Origin: the human T2T-CHM13v2.0 reference genome, Homo sapiens
Reading direction: 5' to 3' (one strand)
Assembly: GCF_009914755.1 (NCBI RefSeq)
Contig: NC_060947.1
DNA length: 64,000 bases
The notes beneath the pieces were generated by a model. The model made no database searches, was not told where the DNA came from, and worked only from the letters and a program-made list of their open reading frames with translations. How positions within the stretch are numbered: the first letter of the stretch is position 1; each line of letters opens with the position of its first letter. Shown piece by piece: positions 15,509 to 28,019 of this stretch. A program made the translations under genes and the position numbers.

Positions 15509-18262
15509 AGAAATGTTTTATTTTTTATGTAATGGAAATAGCTTTACTTTTCACCACCTCCTTGCTGCACAATGACTCCTTGGAAGACTGTGTACCTTCT
15601 CAAGTACTTTTATAAAGATAGCTACATTTTGAACATTGCAATTAGGAAGTAGGTAACCTCTCTTTCTCTATTCCTAATGGGTCTTCCACTCCTTATACTT
15701 TCATTCCCCTATCTCTTGGGACTGAAGAAAAATAAGCAAGATTCATTTTTTACTTAATTGGTGCTTCTGATAATTCTCTCTTGGCTAACTCTGGCTGCCC
15801 GTTGTGACAGGCATTGAAATCCAGGCTCTTTAATGAAGCAGGTTTATAGGTTCCCTGAAGCCACTTTCCCAGGTGCCACACACAACACCACACAGTTTTC
15901 TGATGTAGGCAATATATGCTCCTGCTGACTAGGACTAATGGACATTTTGAAAGCTACAATTTTTCAAATGGGAGCAGTAATTTATTAAATTAGAATGAAG
16001 ATCTTGTAGAAATATGGAAAGGCCCAGAGGATCTTACATACACTTAATGCAGAATGATCATAATAATAGCAATTGCAAGGATGAAATATTGGTTATATAA
16101 GCATCCTGTTTTAACTCTCCTTTCATATGAGTTGTATACATAAGCCTCGTCTGACTCAGGCTCACTGTCTGAACCTCATTGTCTCATTTTAGATTTCCCA
16201 TCACTTACTCATCCTTTCACAGATATGGTTCTACTACTGAACCTCTTTCTCCTTTGACCTCTTCTAATACTGATTCCATTTCTCTAGGTCCTTTTAAATC
16301 AAATTGTGGATTTGAGACACAAAGATTTTTTGAAGTTCCAGATCCACTTATCCTTCCCTGTCTCAGGTTTCAAGGCCTAGATTTGGTTTATTGGCTCAGT
16401 ATCAAGACCCAAATTCATAGTATAAGGATTCAAACAAAAGATATGTTATTTAGGAGTTTTAAAGTATAAGAGAATAGAACACAAATAAGAAATCTGAGAA
16501 AACCTAAGGCAACACAGACTCCAGTTAACCATTGTTTATGTTGCTTATCAAAGGACCCAGATCACAATAGTCCTAAGAATTCTTTCAGAACATAGCATAT
16601 CTAGCGTTTAAATTTTTTTTTTTTCACTTTGACTCTGTTTATATTCACTTGACAGGTCTTTGAACTTTTTGTCCTCCTTCTTCTATCATCATACTATATC
16701 ACTACATATGCCTGCCTTCTGTTGTTTGATTCTTTTTTGAAAACTCATTTCACCATTTTTATTTGGCCTCTTGTTCACAAGAATATTTTGGCAAGTTAGT
16801 TTATCATTACATTCCTCTCAGTAATTTTGTGGCATCTTTCCTACTGTATACTTCTGAAAAAAAATGGAGAAGCAGCATTTCATTAAACCTGATAGTCACA
16901 ATGAGTCATTTAAGATAGTTATGAAACTCAATTCATAATCGTATGTCATATTCCAAGGTCCCTGGAGTTATTTATGGCCTAGGGAGGCAGAGTACTCTTT
17001 GTGTTACAGAAGAGAAACAGAACAAAAAAAGAAAAAAAGAAAAAATGTTTCATTCTTCTAAATCAAATCAACTTTGAGTTAGCCAAGACAAAGAAAGGAC
17101 ACATTCGTAGCACTTCACATAACAAAGAAAGAAAACATTCACAGCACTTAAACACATACACACACACACAACCTTACGCAAAAACTAAATCCAAAATTTG
17201 CCTGAGAAGTTATTTTCCCAATTGCACAGGTATTTCTTTCTCTAGGGACAAAATTATTCCCCAGATAAGTTGCTATTACAATTGGGGAAAAAGGACATGT
17301 GTTATATGCTACCACAAACATACACATATATATATACAATTAGCAACAGTTTTAGTTGATAGCTTTAGAAGAATTCAACAGTCTCTCTACTCCTATTCCT
17401 GTTCCTAGGCTCTCTGTTTTTAGTCATTCCATGGTTCTTACTCCCACTGCCTCCTAATCTTACCCACGGGGATAGATAACTTTTACAGTTTACTTGTTGG
17501 TTTTAATCTCTAAAAAGTCAAACATGCTTTTCATCCTTTTTATTTCAAGACTGAGAATTCTAGGCTATGTTAGGATTCTAATTCGACAACTTCCTCTTCA
17601 AAGGCAGTTCCAAGAGTTTGCTAGAAGTGACCCAATGGATTTTATGGGGTTTCTTTCTTTCTCCTCCCCTCTGCAATGCAATCTCTACACCCACCATCTT
17701 TTCTATCCGAGGGAGAGATTCCTCTGCCACGTCTGGACAATCTCATGGAATGTCCTCCATGAGAAGAGTTCTGGTCTCGTGAATGTGTGAAGACCTTAAC
17801 TCCTTGATCTCTTCTTTTCTTGCTTGCTCGCTCTCCCCTTTAGTTATAGTGGCTCATTTTGGTTAATTGAAAATTGTGGTATCAGGAGGTTCTATCCCCA
17901 AATAGGATACTTTACACCACTTCATGGCAACTATGATTTCAGCAAAAGAGGATGGACCTTCAATTGGAATTGACTAAATTCTTTCTTTGTTTCCCTATTA
18001 TTCAGCTTCAACAATCTGCTTCTACCAATAATAGATGCCACTCCCAAATGTTTATAGACTCACTTTTCCCCTTCATAGGTATTATCAAAGATCCAGGGAA
18101 TATTTGCAAGACACACACCTATTCAGATACCTTTTGTGCAAATATCCTTCTGAGAAGTTATTCAGATATGACCCTGAAATGACAGCAACGATATCTCGGC
18201 TAATACTTCTGTAATGTCCTCAGCAAAGCCATGGGTCTTGCCGTGCACAAGCACTTGGATTT

Positions 18263-18745
18263 GTTCATTCATGCAATGGATAGATATTGAGCTCTTGCTA
18301 CTCTTCTGGATGCTGGACGTAGAGCAATGAACAAGAAAGGTGTGTTTCCCTCCATTATGGAGCTTTCATGTAGTGGTGGAGATACACAATAAACAAGTGA
18401 ACAGATTAATAAGATCAGTTGTGGTGATACTAAACACTATGAAGAAAAGACGATAACATGTTAGAAAATGGGCAGAAGTAGAGGTTTCCTAACCATCCAT
18501 TTTACAATTAATGGTTAAAGAAAGTCTCTTTAATGATGTCTTTCTTCAGATCTTCATGTGAAGAAGACTGTCATGTGAAGAAAGACTGTTTTCAGGCAGA
18601 GGGAACAGCCTCAGTATGAATAAGCTTATGGTGTTTGAGAAGAAAGTACAGTGCAGCTGGAGCAAAATGACCAACGGAGAGAGTAGTAATAAATGAGATT
18701 ACAGAGATGGACAGGGGAAGCTTCTGTTGAGGCAAGTTTTGGACA
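18263..18745 (-). mobile_element. L2 LINE 3' fragment
   Basis: TTCATTCATGCAA...ATTGAGC...GGAGCTTTCATGTAGTGG...TTCAGGCAGAGGGAACAGC. Confidence 0.7.
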
Positions 18746-18843
18746 AGGTTCATGATAACAAACATAGTTTGAGGGTCCACACAGACTAAGGTTACTATTA
18801 CAGTCCCCTTCCCAACAGACTCTCTCAGTTCCTTACCCACGTC

Positions 18844-18954
18844 TAGGGTAGTCAACCATCCTGGTTTTCCTGGACGATTCTGATTTTATCAGTGAAAGTT
18901 CATGCCCTAGGAAATCCTTCAGTCTTGGGCAAATCAAGATGGTTAGTTATCCTG
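18844..18954. mobile_element. MER81 (hAT-Blackjack MITE)
   Basis: ~110 bp with degenerate terminal inverted repeats TAGGGTAGTCAACC...GGTTAGTTATCCTG and internal GAAAGT...CAGTCTTGGGCAAA. Confidence 0.7.
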
Positions 18955-20949
18955 TGACATATCAGACCCTGCCCCTAACATGCAGAAATACCATCCCAAG
19001 GTCTGAGCTGTATCTTTCCCAAGTTTGTACGGAAAAAGCACAAAGTGTGCTCTGCGAGCAGCCTTCCCTCCCTTCTCTTATTTCAATACTCAGTTCCCCT
19101 TTCTCTCTTCCCATGGAGGAGTCAAAGTTATCTGATCAGAAAAGGGTAAAGGTGGGAGAGAAGAGAGTTTCAGACTTAAGCAGAGATCAGTTCTGAAACA
19201 GCCTTTGTAATGGGAACACTTGGAAGACAATGAAAAACAATGGGAGGCTCGCAGATTGTCAGCAAAAGCCCAGTTCATGCCAGACAGCATGACTTGGAAG
19301 TGAACCAGCAAGTTTCTGTGACCCTTCCTATCTGCAGGGAAATGAAGACATACATAATCATTTCTTCCTATTAAATGGTTGGAGGGTCTCCAGGGGAAAG
19401 TGCTATCTGCATTGACATTAAGGCCCAGAGGACAACTGCTTTTAAATTAAGGGCAAGAGGGAAATTATTTGGGGAATGGTAGGGTCACTTGTGAGATAAA
19501 CTTCCTGCTTATTCTGGTATCACATCCGAGTCCATAGCAGTTTGCCAGTTGAACACAGAGGCAGAGAGTCTTGCGTACTCATACTTATGAGTATGAGAAG
19601 GACCAGTAGTAAGCTTCTGATTTTTCCATCCAGAGTGTAACCATTTGGAAAATATAAGCAAGAGACAGAAGTTGAATCACAGCTTTTCTACAAAAATAGA
19701 CACCTACTCCCTGTTCAATTACACTCTGTGAAATGCCCTTTAATTTAAGATGCTCCCATTTTTGCTGCTATTTTTTAAAAATAAAAGCTCATTATTTGAA
19801 GCACCATTAACCTTCAGCACCATTGACATAAATATGGTGCACTCTCCATATTAAACACAACTTTTCAGCAGCTGGAGGACTGACCATAAGCAGGACATTG
19901 AGGATGTGACCACAGTGAGATACATAGCCAGGTGGTGACCCAGAGGCTGTGATGTGGGGAGATTTTTGGAGGGATGGATGAGGAAAGAAGGGAGCAAAAT
20001 CATTTCTGATTAGGAAGGCTCTTTGCTTTAGTTAACCATTATAGAAGCAGGAATATCTGTTGTTTCAGAAGCATTAGTGTCAACCCAAGTGTTCCCATCA
20101 CACAATAACATGTATGTCATAGGGAGTCACTTAGTCAGGACTTGTTGAATTGAATGGAATGGGAAGAACGTGGGTAATGGGAATCTACTTTATCTAATAG
20201 CTGCAGAGTTAATTTTAGCAGATGTTCTGAATTCCTCTCAAAGAAGTAAATGACTTGGATATTTTTCTTCTGTGGATTCCCTAGCCCAAGACTGTAATTA
20301 CAGTGAGACCATAGAGGCCATTGTTTAGGTGACTGTGTGGTTTGGAGGTGCCCCCTCCACAACACACCCTCTACTCCCCATGAGAACCCATTCATAAACA
20401 TGAAGTCTGACTGAAATTCCAGTATCCCAGATTTATTTCTCCTGATAAAGGCATTGAGGCTTCAGTAATTGACTATTTATATATAACCATTCTGAAAGTC
20501 CTAAGACTCAAACCAATTGTTGGATTAGGCCTCAGAATCTTGGTACAATTTAGTAACTTAGAACTGCATTTCAATACAACATCTCACTGAGATCTGGGAA
20601 ACTAAGATGGATCTTTTTTGACTGGTGAGGGGTGGTGATGGTCATGGGAGTGCAGGCAGTAAAGATCAATCCCAAAGCATGGAGCATTGCTGAGAAGAGC
20701 AGGAGGAATGGCAACTCCGAGCAGCTATAGGTCTAGAGGTTGGGAAGTAGTAGAGAGCAGAAGTGATATTGAGAGGTAAGAGCAAGATGAAGAAACAGAA
20801 ATACTAAAATGACCAGCAGATAGGGAAAATATAATGAACTAGGTTAAACAAAGTCTGGATTTTCCATTGGTATGGACTAATTAATATCCTACTACCATGA
20901 ATGTTTTTGACACAGTACATTTTCTGAATTCAAATCATTGCTGATATTA

Positions 20950-21465
20950 ATTCAATTCAACAAATATTTAGTGCATATTTAGAGTGTGTTACACACTGTG
21001 CCAGGTACAGGTATACCATAGTGACAGAGCCCCTAATGCAGCTTACAGTCTGGTGAAGATTTTCTGTAATTGCAATCAGTGTAATAGAATGTAAGATGGT
21101 GGGTAGTCAATTGTGTAAAGGAGCATGGAGTAGGTGCCTAATCCAGTCTTTAATAGGGAAAAAGAAAGCCTTTCAGAGGAATATACATCTAAGTTCATGC
21201 CTGAAGGATCAGTAGAAATATGCCACGTGGACATGGTGGGGGTGGAAAGAGAGTTCCAGGCAGAAGAAACAGCATGTACAAAAGTCCATAGGCCAAGGAT
21301 GTTGGCACTTTCAAGGAACTGAAAAGCAAAGTAGTCTGGTTAGAACACACACTGCAAGACAGAAAGAATGAGAGATTAGATTGGAGAGATACGCAGGGGC
21401 CAGATCATGAAGAGTCGTGTTAGTGTACTTATACTTAATCTTAAAGGTGTAAGAAGTCAATCATT
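20950..21465 (-). mobile_element. L2 LINE 3' fragment
   Basis: ATTCAACAAATATTTAGTG...GCTTACAGTCTGGTG...TTCCAGGCAGAAGAAACAGCATGTACAAAAG...GGGGCCAGATCATGAAG. Confidence 0.8.
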
Positions 21466-22187
21466 TCATAGAAGCTTTCCCAGATCACTTGGGGTCAGAA
21501 ACTCAACTTATTTCTACTAGTGCCATTCCTCTGGCTAAGAGAGACTCAGTTATGTAAGGGTCATAGACACAGGCTTTCAAACCACCAAAGTGAAATACTT
21601 TTTGACCAAGTTACTTAAATAAAAGAAGTTTGTAGATTCCCTGGGAGGATCACATGACACAAGCTAGAAAGAGTTACCCAGAGAACCCAATGATGATATA
21701 GAAGATCTATCTAACCCATACATAGGAAAATGGCCTTCTGACTTGAATGCCTCTGATTCTTGACCTAGATCTTCTGCCTTTCACTCCCGTGCTCTTTCTG
21801 TAATCCCATGCTGCCTGCCCACATAGGCAATGGGCCCAACTTCGTGCACTTGGCAAAAGGTCTTACTCCATTCTCTTAATCATTGCTATCTTTACCCAGT
21901 CAACTGAACTCCAGTTAGGGTCCTCCCACCCTGCTTATTCATGCCAGGTGCCCCTTTTAATCCCATTCAATGCTTCTGGGTGGGCTTCTCTGGTTGTTCT
22001 GTCTCTGGTGAAGATGACCTACTGAATTAAAGACCTTACTTTTTTCCTTCACTTCAGATGTCCTCCTGAAAACTTAGTTTCTGCTTTGAGCTGTGGCTTA
22101 TAGTAGCCCATGGGTATTGTCAACTTCCTGGAGGAGCCAGAAAGTCATCTCTCATTTGGCCGTTAATATCAGTAAGTTATGACCGTT

Positions 22188-22365
22188 GAGGCAGTGTGAT
22201 TGGATGGAAAGCAAATGCACATTAGCAGATCTGAGCTTTAGTTCAGCTCTGCTCTGCTCTGTGGGACCTTAAGTAAGTCACTTATTTTTGCTATGTCTTT
22301 GTTTACATTTGACTAAAAGGAAATAATAGATGTGAAAGTACTCTGAAAAGTAGAAATGTTCAGGA
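22188..22365 (+). mobile_element. MIR SINE
   Basis: GAGGCAGTGTG...GATCTGAGCTTTAGTTCAGCTCTGC...CTGTGGGACCTTAAGTAAGTCACTTA. Confidence 0.65.
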
Positions 22366-23681
22366 AAGATAAAGTAATAATTAGTATAATCACCATCATC
22401 ACCATCATCATTATGTACAAGCCTGACATATGCTACACAGATCATACACTCCAATACATGCATTGGCAGGTGGTTCCTCACAAGCTCTGGATGTGCCCCA
22501 GTCCCCTCCCTGCCTAGAAGCTTCCCCTGGGGAGAGATGAAATGTGATGCAGTTTATGGCAGAATGTGGGCTCATGTAATTCAGTTTCTCCACCTGGACA
22601 ACTGTTCTGCTCTTTGGAGATAAGTATTTGTTTGTTGAATGGCTTATTTTATGAGTATGCTAGGCTGCCTTTCCAGGCTTTCTGACACACATTCCTCATG
22701 TGTCCCTGTCTGCCAAACTCTTCTTTTGAAGGTAGCCCCCCTATTTTTTTGTATCCACACTCCACAGGTTTGTGCAAACATCAAATATGTTTGTGTTTGC
22801 AGCATGCACAGACAATAAATACCTGTAACTGTTTTCTCTGTGTGTACTTGATAAGAAAGAGTAAATATGACCACAGTCTTTCTTCCTTGGTTGTGCTCAG
22901 AAGTGGCAATGTCAAGTCAAGGCTGGAGGCCTAGTCTAAGGCAGCTTTGATCAGCCCTGTAATAGAATCCTGGGAGGTACATTCTGACCTCAGCAAACAA
23001 GGCATGGGCTCTCTGCTACAGGGATAATAAATGATAGACAGTCACCTTTGAGGAAGCTTCTCCTGCCTGGAGCGCAGCTGAAAAGCAAGGAAGCTGTACA
23101 AAGAACTACGAATGGTCAAAATAGCTGCTACATGCCCTAAAACTCATGTCCTTTACACAGGGAAAAAAACCCACCTCTCCATCTTCACCCTATGCCAATA
23201 TAGTTTAATTCTCTGAACAGTTCTAACATAATTGGCCACTTCCTTCCCCTGTAAATAGCAGATTAGAAGCAGAAAAATAGAAAGAGAACAGAGCATCAAA
23301 CTTCCCCACTCCTATTGCTAGGTTATTAGTGTCAATCATGATGACAGCTGCAAGAAATGACACATGAGTTGAAACTGATAACTAAAAAGAACCAAGAAAA
23401 GAAAACTTCAACTGTTCTAGACTTTTGAGTGCTAGAGAAAATAATAATACCTGTACTAGTAGTTCCTAAAGGCATTATTGCATGAAAGCGCCACACTGTG
23501 CTTAATGATGGCATTAAGTCATCAGGAAAAAAACCACTAAATTATATTAGATATCTTCTGTTTTAAGAAGCCTAAATCTCTATCACACATTTCTTGTTTT
23601 TATACTTTTAGTTTTATAAGGAGGCAGCATGTGAAAGTAAACAATATGCTGAAACTCAAAAAATCCCAAGTTTCTTCCATT

Positions 23682-24465
23682 GATTGTTTTATTCATCAAA
23701 TATGAATTAAGCACTCCACTATATGCCAGGCACTGGGGATCCTATGGTAAAAAAGACATAGTCCCTGTCATGGTGGAGATCACATTCTAGTGGGAGAAAC
23801 TGACAAGGGAACGAGCAATTAAAACACAGAGTGATCAAGGGATTAACAGGGTGCTGAGAGACCACACAGGAAGGGACACTTAACCTGGACATTCAGGGAA
23901 GACTTCCTGCAGGATATGATGTCTAAGTTAATAAGTTATCCAGACAAAACTAAGTTGGATTGAGGAGTTCTACGCATAGAGCATATCATGTATTCTAGTC
24001 TGAAAATGAAAAATAATTTGGCATGATGGTGAAAAGGCTAGTAGTTTGGTGGTAAGGGAAATATAAACAAATGCCAGTTAACTGGTTAAGATGTTGGACA
24101 TTTTTCACGAAGACAATGGGATGCCATTGAAGGGTATAAACTTACTGAGTAACATGAATTAATTTTATACTTTAAAATGCTTACTCTGACTACATTGTAG
24201 AGAATAGATTAGAAGGGGCAAGACTAGAGACAGGTAGTATGGTTGGGTGGCTGTTTTAGTGATCCAGGTGAAAGAAAATGATAGCCTGGTCTAAGACAGT
24301 GGGTGTGTTAGTGAAGAGAAGGTGGATTTGAAAAATATTTTGAACACGCTGTTGACAGAACATTGTGAACGTCTGGTGAAGGAGAAAAAAGAATCAGAGA
24401 TAATGCCAAATTATCTGGCACGGACACAAAGTACTAATAGATGACGGTAGTGCCATTTCCTTTGG
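23682..24465 (-). mobile_element. L2 LINE fragment
   Basis: ATTCATCAAATATGAATTAAGCACTCCACTATATGCCAGGCACTGGGGAT...GGAGATCACATTCTAGTGGGAGA...GGTAGTGCCATTT. Confidence 0.85.
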
Positions 24466-24544
24466 TAGTCACTATTTAATCACAAACTAGCCTTGAAATC
24501 AAATTCATTTTCCTAAATTGTAAAATAAATGTTAACTAGATAAT

Positions 24545-24770
24545 TGGTTCTCAATATCAGGGATTTTGACCCCCACCCCTACCCAGGGTTCTTGGGCAAT
24601 GTCTGGAGACATTTTGGTTGTCACTTCTGGGAGGGGGTTACTGACATCTAGTGGACACAGGCTGGGGATGCTGCTAAACATCCGACGATGCATAGGGTAA
24701 CCTTTCCCTTCAACAATGAATTATTTGGCACCAAATGTCAATAGTACCAAGGCTATAAAATCTTGGGCTA
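24545..24770 (+). mobile_element. MER20 (hAT-Charlie)
   Basis: TGGTTCTCAA...GGCAATGTCTGGAGACATTTTGGTTGTCAC...GGGATGCTGCTAAACATCC...CCAAATGTCAATAGT. Confidence 0.85.
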
Positions 24771-25547
24771 GACAACATAAAGAACTTAGACTAAATAAAC
24801 TCAGAGGCCTCTTCAAAGCTTATGAACTGACAAGCTAAAGTGCTTATTTATATTTTGACACTTTAGGGGATAAGCCTTAGTGACCTGGAAGATTCTCTTT
24901 CGTGGACCACATTGATAAATGAGGTATTATTAGAATCCACCAATTAATAATAACCAGATGTTGATGTATGTGGTCCCAATAACCTAAGTCAGTTTTCAAG
25001 AGTATTGGAATGAATTGTCCACTACAAGTACTTGCAGTATGTGTGCACATGGCACTTAGAATGCATCTGCAAACTTATTCTGATCTTCCAGAGACATAGA
25101 GTGCCTCTTGCCCATATTCTTTTTGGCCAGCATGCAATGTACCTACATACACTTTGTGACAGCAAGAACATGTGAGAAATGATGAGGGCTGGTGGCAGCC
25201 CCTGCCTGAGCTATCTCCTGAAATTATCCTGGGCACCAGAAGCCCTACTTATATAGCTTTAGGCCCCATGGGTGGAACCACAGGCAGAGCCCTACAGAGT
25301 ATTCACTCCAGGTAAAGATATTTTACAATCTTTTGGCATTAGGGTATAGCTTAAATTGTGATAGGTGCTACTTTCTCATTCTGTACTAAGAGACACCCTT
25401 CCTGAGGGTATGTCTCTCACCCTCAGGCTTGGACTATCCAAGGGCTTCCAAATAGTAGTGGAATTCAACCCCAGGCCATCTGTGGAAGACTATGGAGCTC
25501 CCATTCAGAATCCTTCATAACTGTCTGGGCAGTGGAGTCCTTACCTC

Positions 25548-25620
25548 AGGTCTTCACAGCACACAGTAGGAATTCAATAAATAAGTGCTTGTTGAATGAA
25601 TGAATAAATGAATGAATGAG
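25548..25620 (+). mobile_element. L2 3' terminus
   Basis: GCACACAGTAGGAATTCAATAAATAAGTGCTTGTTGAATGAATGAA. Confidence 0.7.
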
Positions 25621-25759
25621 ATCCCTATATTGGGGGGTGGAAGAATTGGGGAAAAAGGAACCCCTGAGTTTTTTAGAAGAGAAAAAGAAGACAAATCTAC
25701 TTTTTATTAGCAGATATTTACAGTGCCCACTACGTGGAAGCACTATTTAAGGTGCTTAG

Positions 25760-26270
25760 GGGTTTTGAGCAGAGCAAATCTGACTTATGCTTTAATACGA
25801 TTCCTTTGGCTAGAAGCTAGAAGACCACCTAGGAGTCTGTTGCAGTAATTGAGGCAACTACAATAGTGGCCAAAACCAGCATGGTAGAAATGAATGTGTT
25901 AAGAAATGGATAGATTCTGGGTATTTTTTGAATGCAGAGCCAGCAGGATTTCCTGATGGATTGAATGTGGCTGCAAGAGTGACTCTGAGATCAGAGACCT
26001 CCAAGGTTTTTGACTTGAGAAATAGGAAGTATGGAGTTGCCAACAGTTGACATGAGGAATGTTGTATTGGGAGTTTAGTTTTGAACTTGGTTTTAAATGT
26101 GTATTAGACATTCAACTGAAGACATCATTAAGTCAACTGGTTATGTAAATCAAGTTTGGAGAGTGGTATGGGGTGAAGATGTGAAAGTCATGAAACTAAG
26201 TAAGATTATCGAGTATGAGTGTAAAGATGGAAAAAAGAACCAAGAATTGGACCCTGGGGGCCCCAGCATT
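25760..26270 (-). mobile_element. L2 LINE internal fragment
   Basis: GGGTTTTGAGCAGAG...GCAGAGCCAGCAGGATTTCCTGATGGATTGAATGTGG...CTCCAAGGTTTTTGACTTGAG. Confidence 0.75.
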
Positions 26271-26580
26271 AATAGGCAAAAGCCTCTTATTTGACCAGAG
26301 ACTAACCCTCTCTGCCTCTTTTTTGTGGAGTGATCATAGCAGCAGCCAACCTGCCCCCAGCAGCCTCCTGAAAGAGGACTGGGAGTTTAGAGTCTTAGTT
26401 TTCTGGACTATGTCCTATTGTGCATTCCTCTCACGGTAACAACAGTTAAATCCTCCATGTGATATTTAAACCTCAAGAGGTTACTTGGTTATACATATTT
26501 ATCATTTCCTCCAGGCTAATATAATGATTGTTAATTCCAGCCAAATAAGAATCCATTCTTACAAGGGTGAGAAGACATTT

Positions 26581-26650
26581 TTATCTGCATAATTCATATG
26601 CAAATATTTTGAAAAGCAGTTTGAAATGCAAGCTGCCACCTGTCAGTTTG
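26581..26650. promoter_or_regulatory. Candidate POU/TALE enhancer motif cluster
   Basis: TGCATAATTCAT (26586-26597) abuts octamer ATGCAAAT (26598-26605); CACCTGTCA (E-box plus MEIS TGACAG) at 26637-26645. Lies in apparently unique DNA. Confidence 0.3.
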
Positions 26651-27171
26651 CTTTTTGCAAGGAAGGGGGAGGCACCATTGTCCCTGAATTTTGAGAAGAG
26701 CAAGGATTCGCCTTGCTCCATGCATCTTCAGCTTATTGTTCGCACGCTGAAAGGTTCATATTTTAGGTGTTATTTTAAGTAGAAGATCCACATCCAAAGT
26801 TGTTGCACAGTACTTATCATCACTGAGAAGCATTCCTCTCTTTCTTTGAGGGCACCCTTGTACACCTTCACTCCTCTTGGGGTATAGGCAGAGTTTAGAG
26901 CATTGATTTCTAATTGAGGAGTGGGAAAAAGAGAAGCAACAAATGTCAGAGCTGAAGCATTGCTCTGAGGTCATCATGTTCCCTGTCCTGCCTCCTAGAT
27001 AGGACTGAACCCAGAATTAGTCCTAATTCCCTTGAAACTGTTGAGGTATATTTCATATTGGTCCTGGCTCTGCAGGGCCCAAGTGAATCAATCCTGATTT
27101 CTAAGCTCCATGACTCTGGTGACAATGGCAATTCACAAGACAGGGGTGCAGAGGTACACTTGCTTTCTAAG

Positions 27172-27305
27172 ATAGTTTTCAGCCTGGGATGTATGTACCT
27201 TTGAGGGTACATGAAGATGTTTCAAGGGACATTTAGACATAGTTTTAAGAAAATCAATTACCAGATTCTTAATTTTCATTAGTATTATTTCTTAAAAAAC
27301 ATCGG
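27172..27305. mobile_element. hAT-Charlie-type DNA transposon relic
   Basis: ATAGTTTTCAGCCTGGGATGTATGTACCTTTGAGGGTACATGAAGATGTTTCAAGGG resembles Charlie-family termini; family not resolved. Confidence 0.4.
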
Positions 27306-28019
27306 TAGTTGGGGTGTCATACCAGTTCTTCTTTGGCATATCTCCTGTCAATGTCACTCTTCAATTGCTTTCTCTGCAAAAGAAAGACACACCCATCATC
27401 CATTCTAAATCTTACTATGATGCAGTCTATCCTCTCATTACTGTTACAGAATGCAGTATTCTAATGGAAGACCTGTTAAGAAAACAAATAAACTTTGGTA
27501 AGAAACATCTTTTCTAAGTTCTGCATTTACTGGTGACCCAATACTTTCTCTTCTCAAAGTTAATTTCCACAAAGTACATTAAACTGAAGTCTTACAAGCA
27601 GAACATCTACTTATATATAGAAGTAGGACAAGATGTTCCCCAAATGTGCCATCTAATGTGTAATGACTTGAACTTTAGAATATCAGCTTCATTTGATTAG
27701 GGTTAATTTCTCCTTCTCAGATATGTTCTATTTCTGTCAAATTGTTTTCAACCATAAAATAAAATTACTGACTTATCTATGTATAATAATTCTCATGTCC
27801 ATCTCTCTATTCATCCATCACACCATTTAAAGGCACTTTGAAACCCTCTATATCAGAAATTAAGATTTGGCATGAAATATTTAGATCCTAATTCACAACC
27901 TGTGGGAAAAACAATAATATGCATACTTTTTATGTTTTTAAGCTTCTTCAATTTTGTCTAATTTTAGCTCCATAGACAAGGTGCCACTAAGCAAGTTACA
28001 TATATAACTAATATGTTTT

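Noticed and set aside
19576-19597. 8-bp palindromes (TACTCATA-CT-TATGAGTA)
   Set aside because: Too short to exceed chance in 64 kb of AT-rich DNA.
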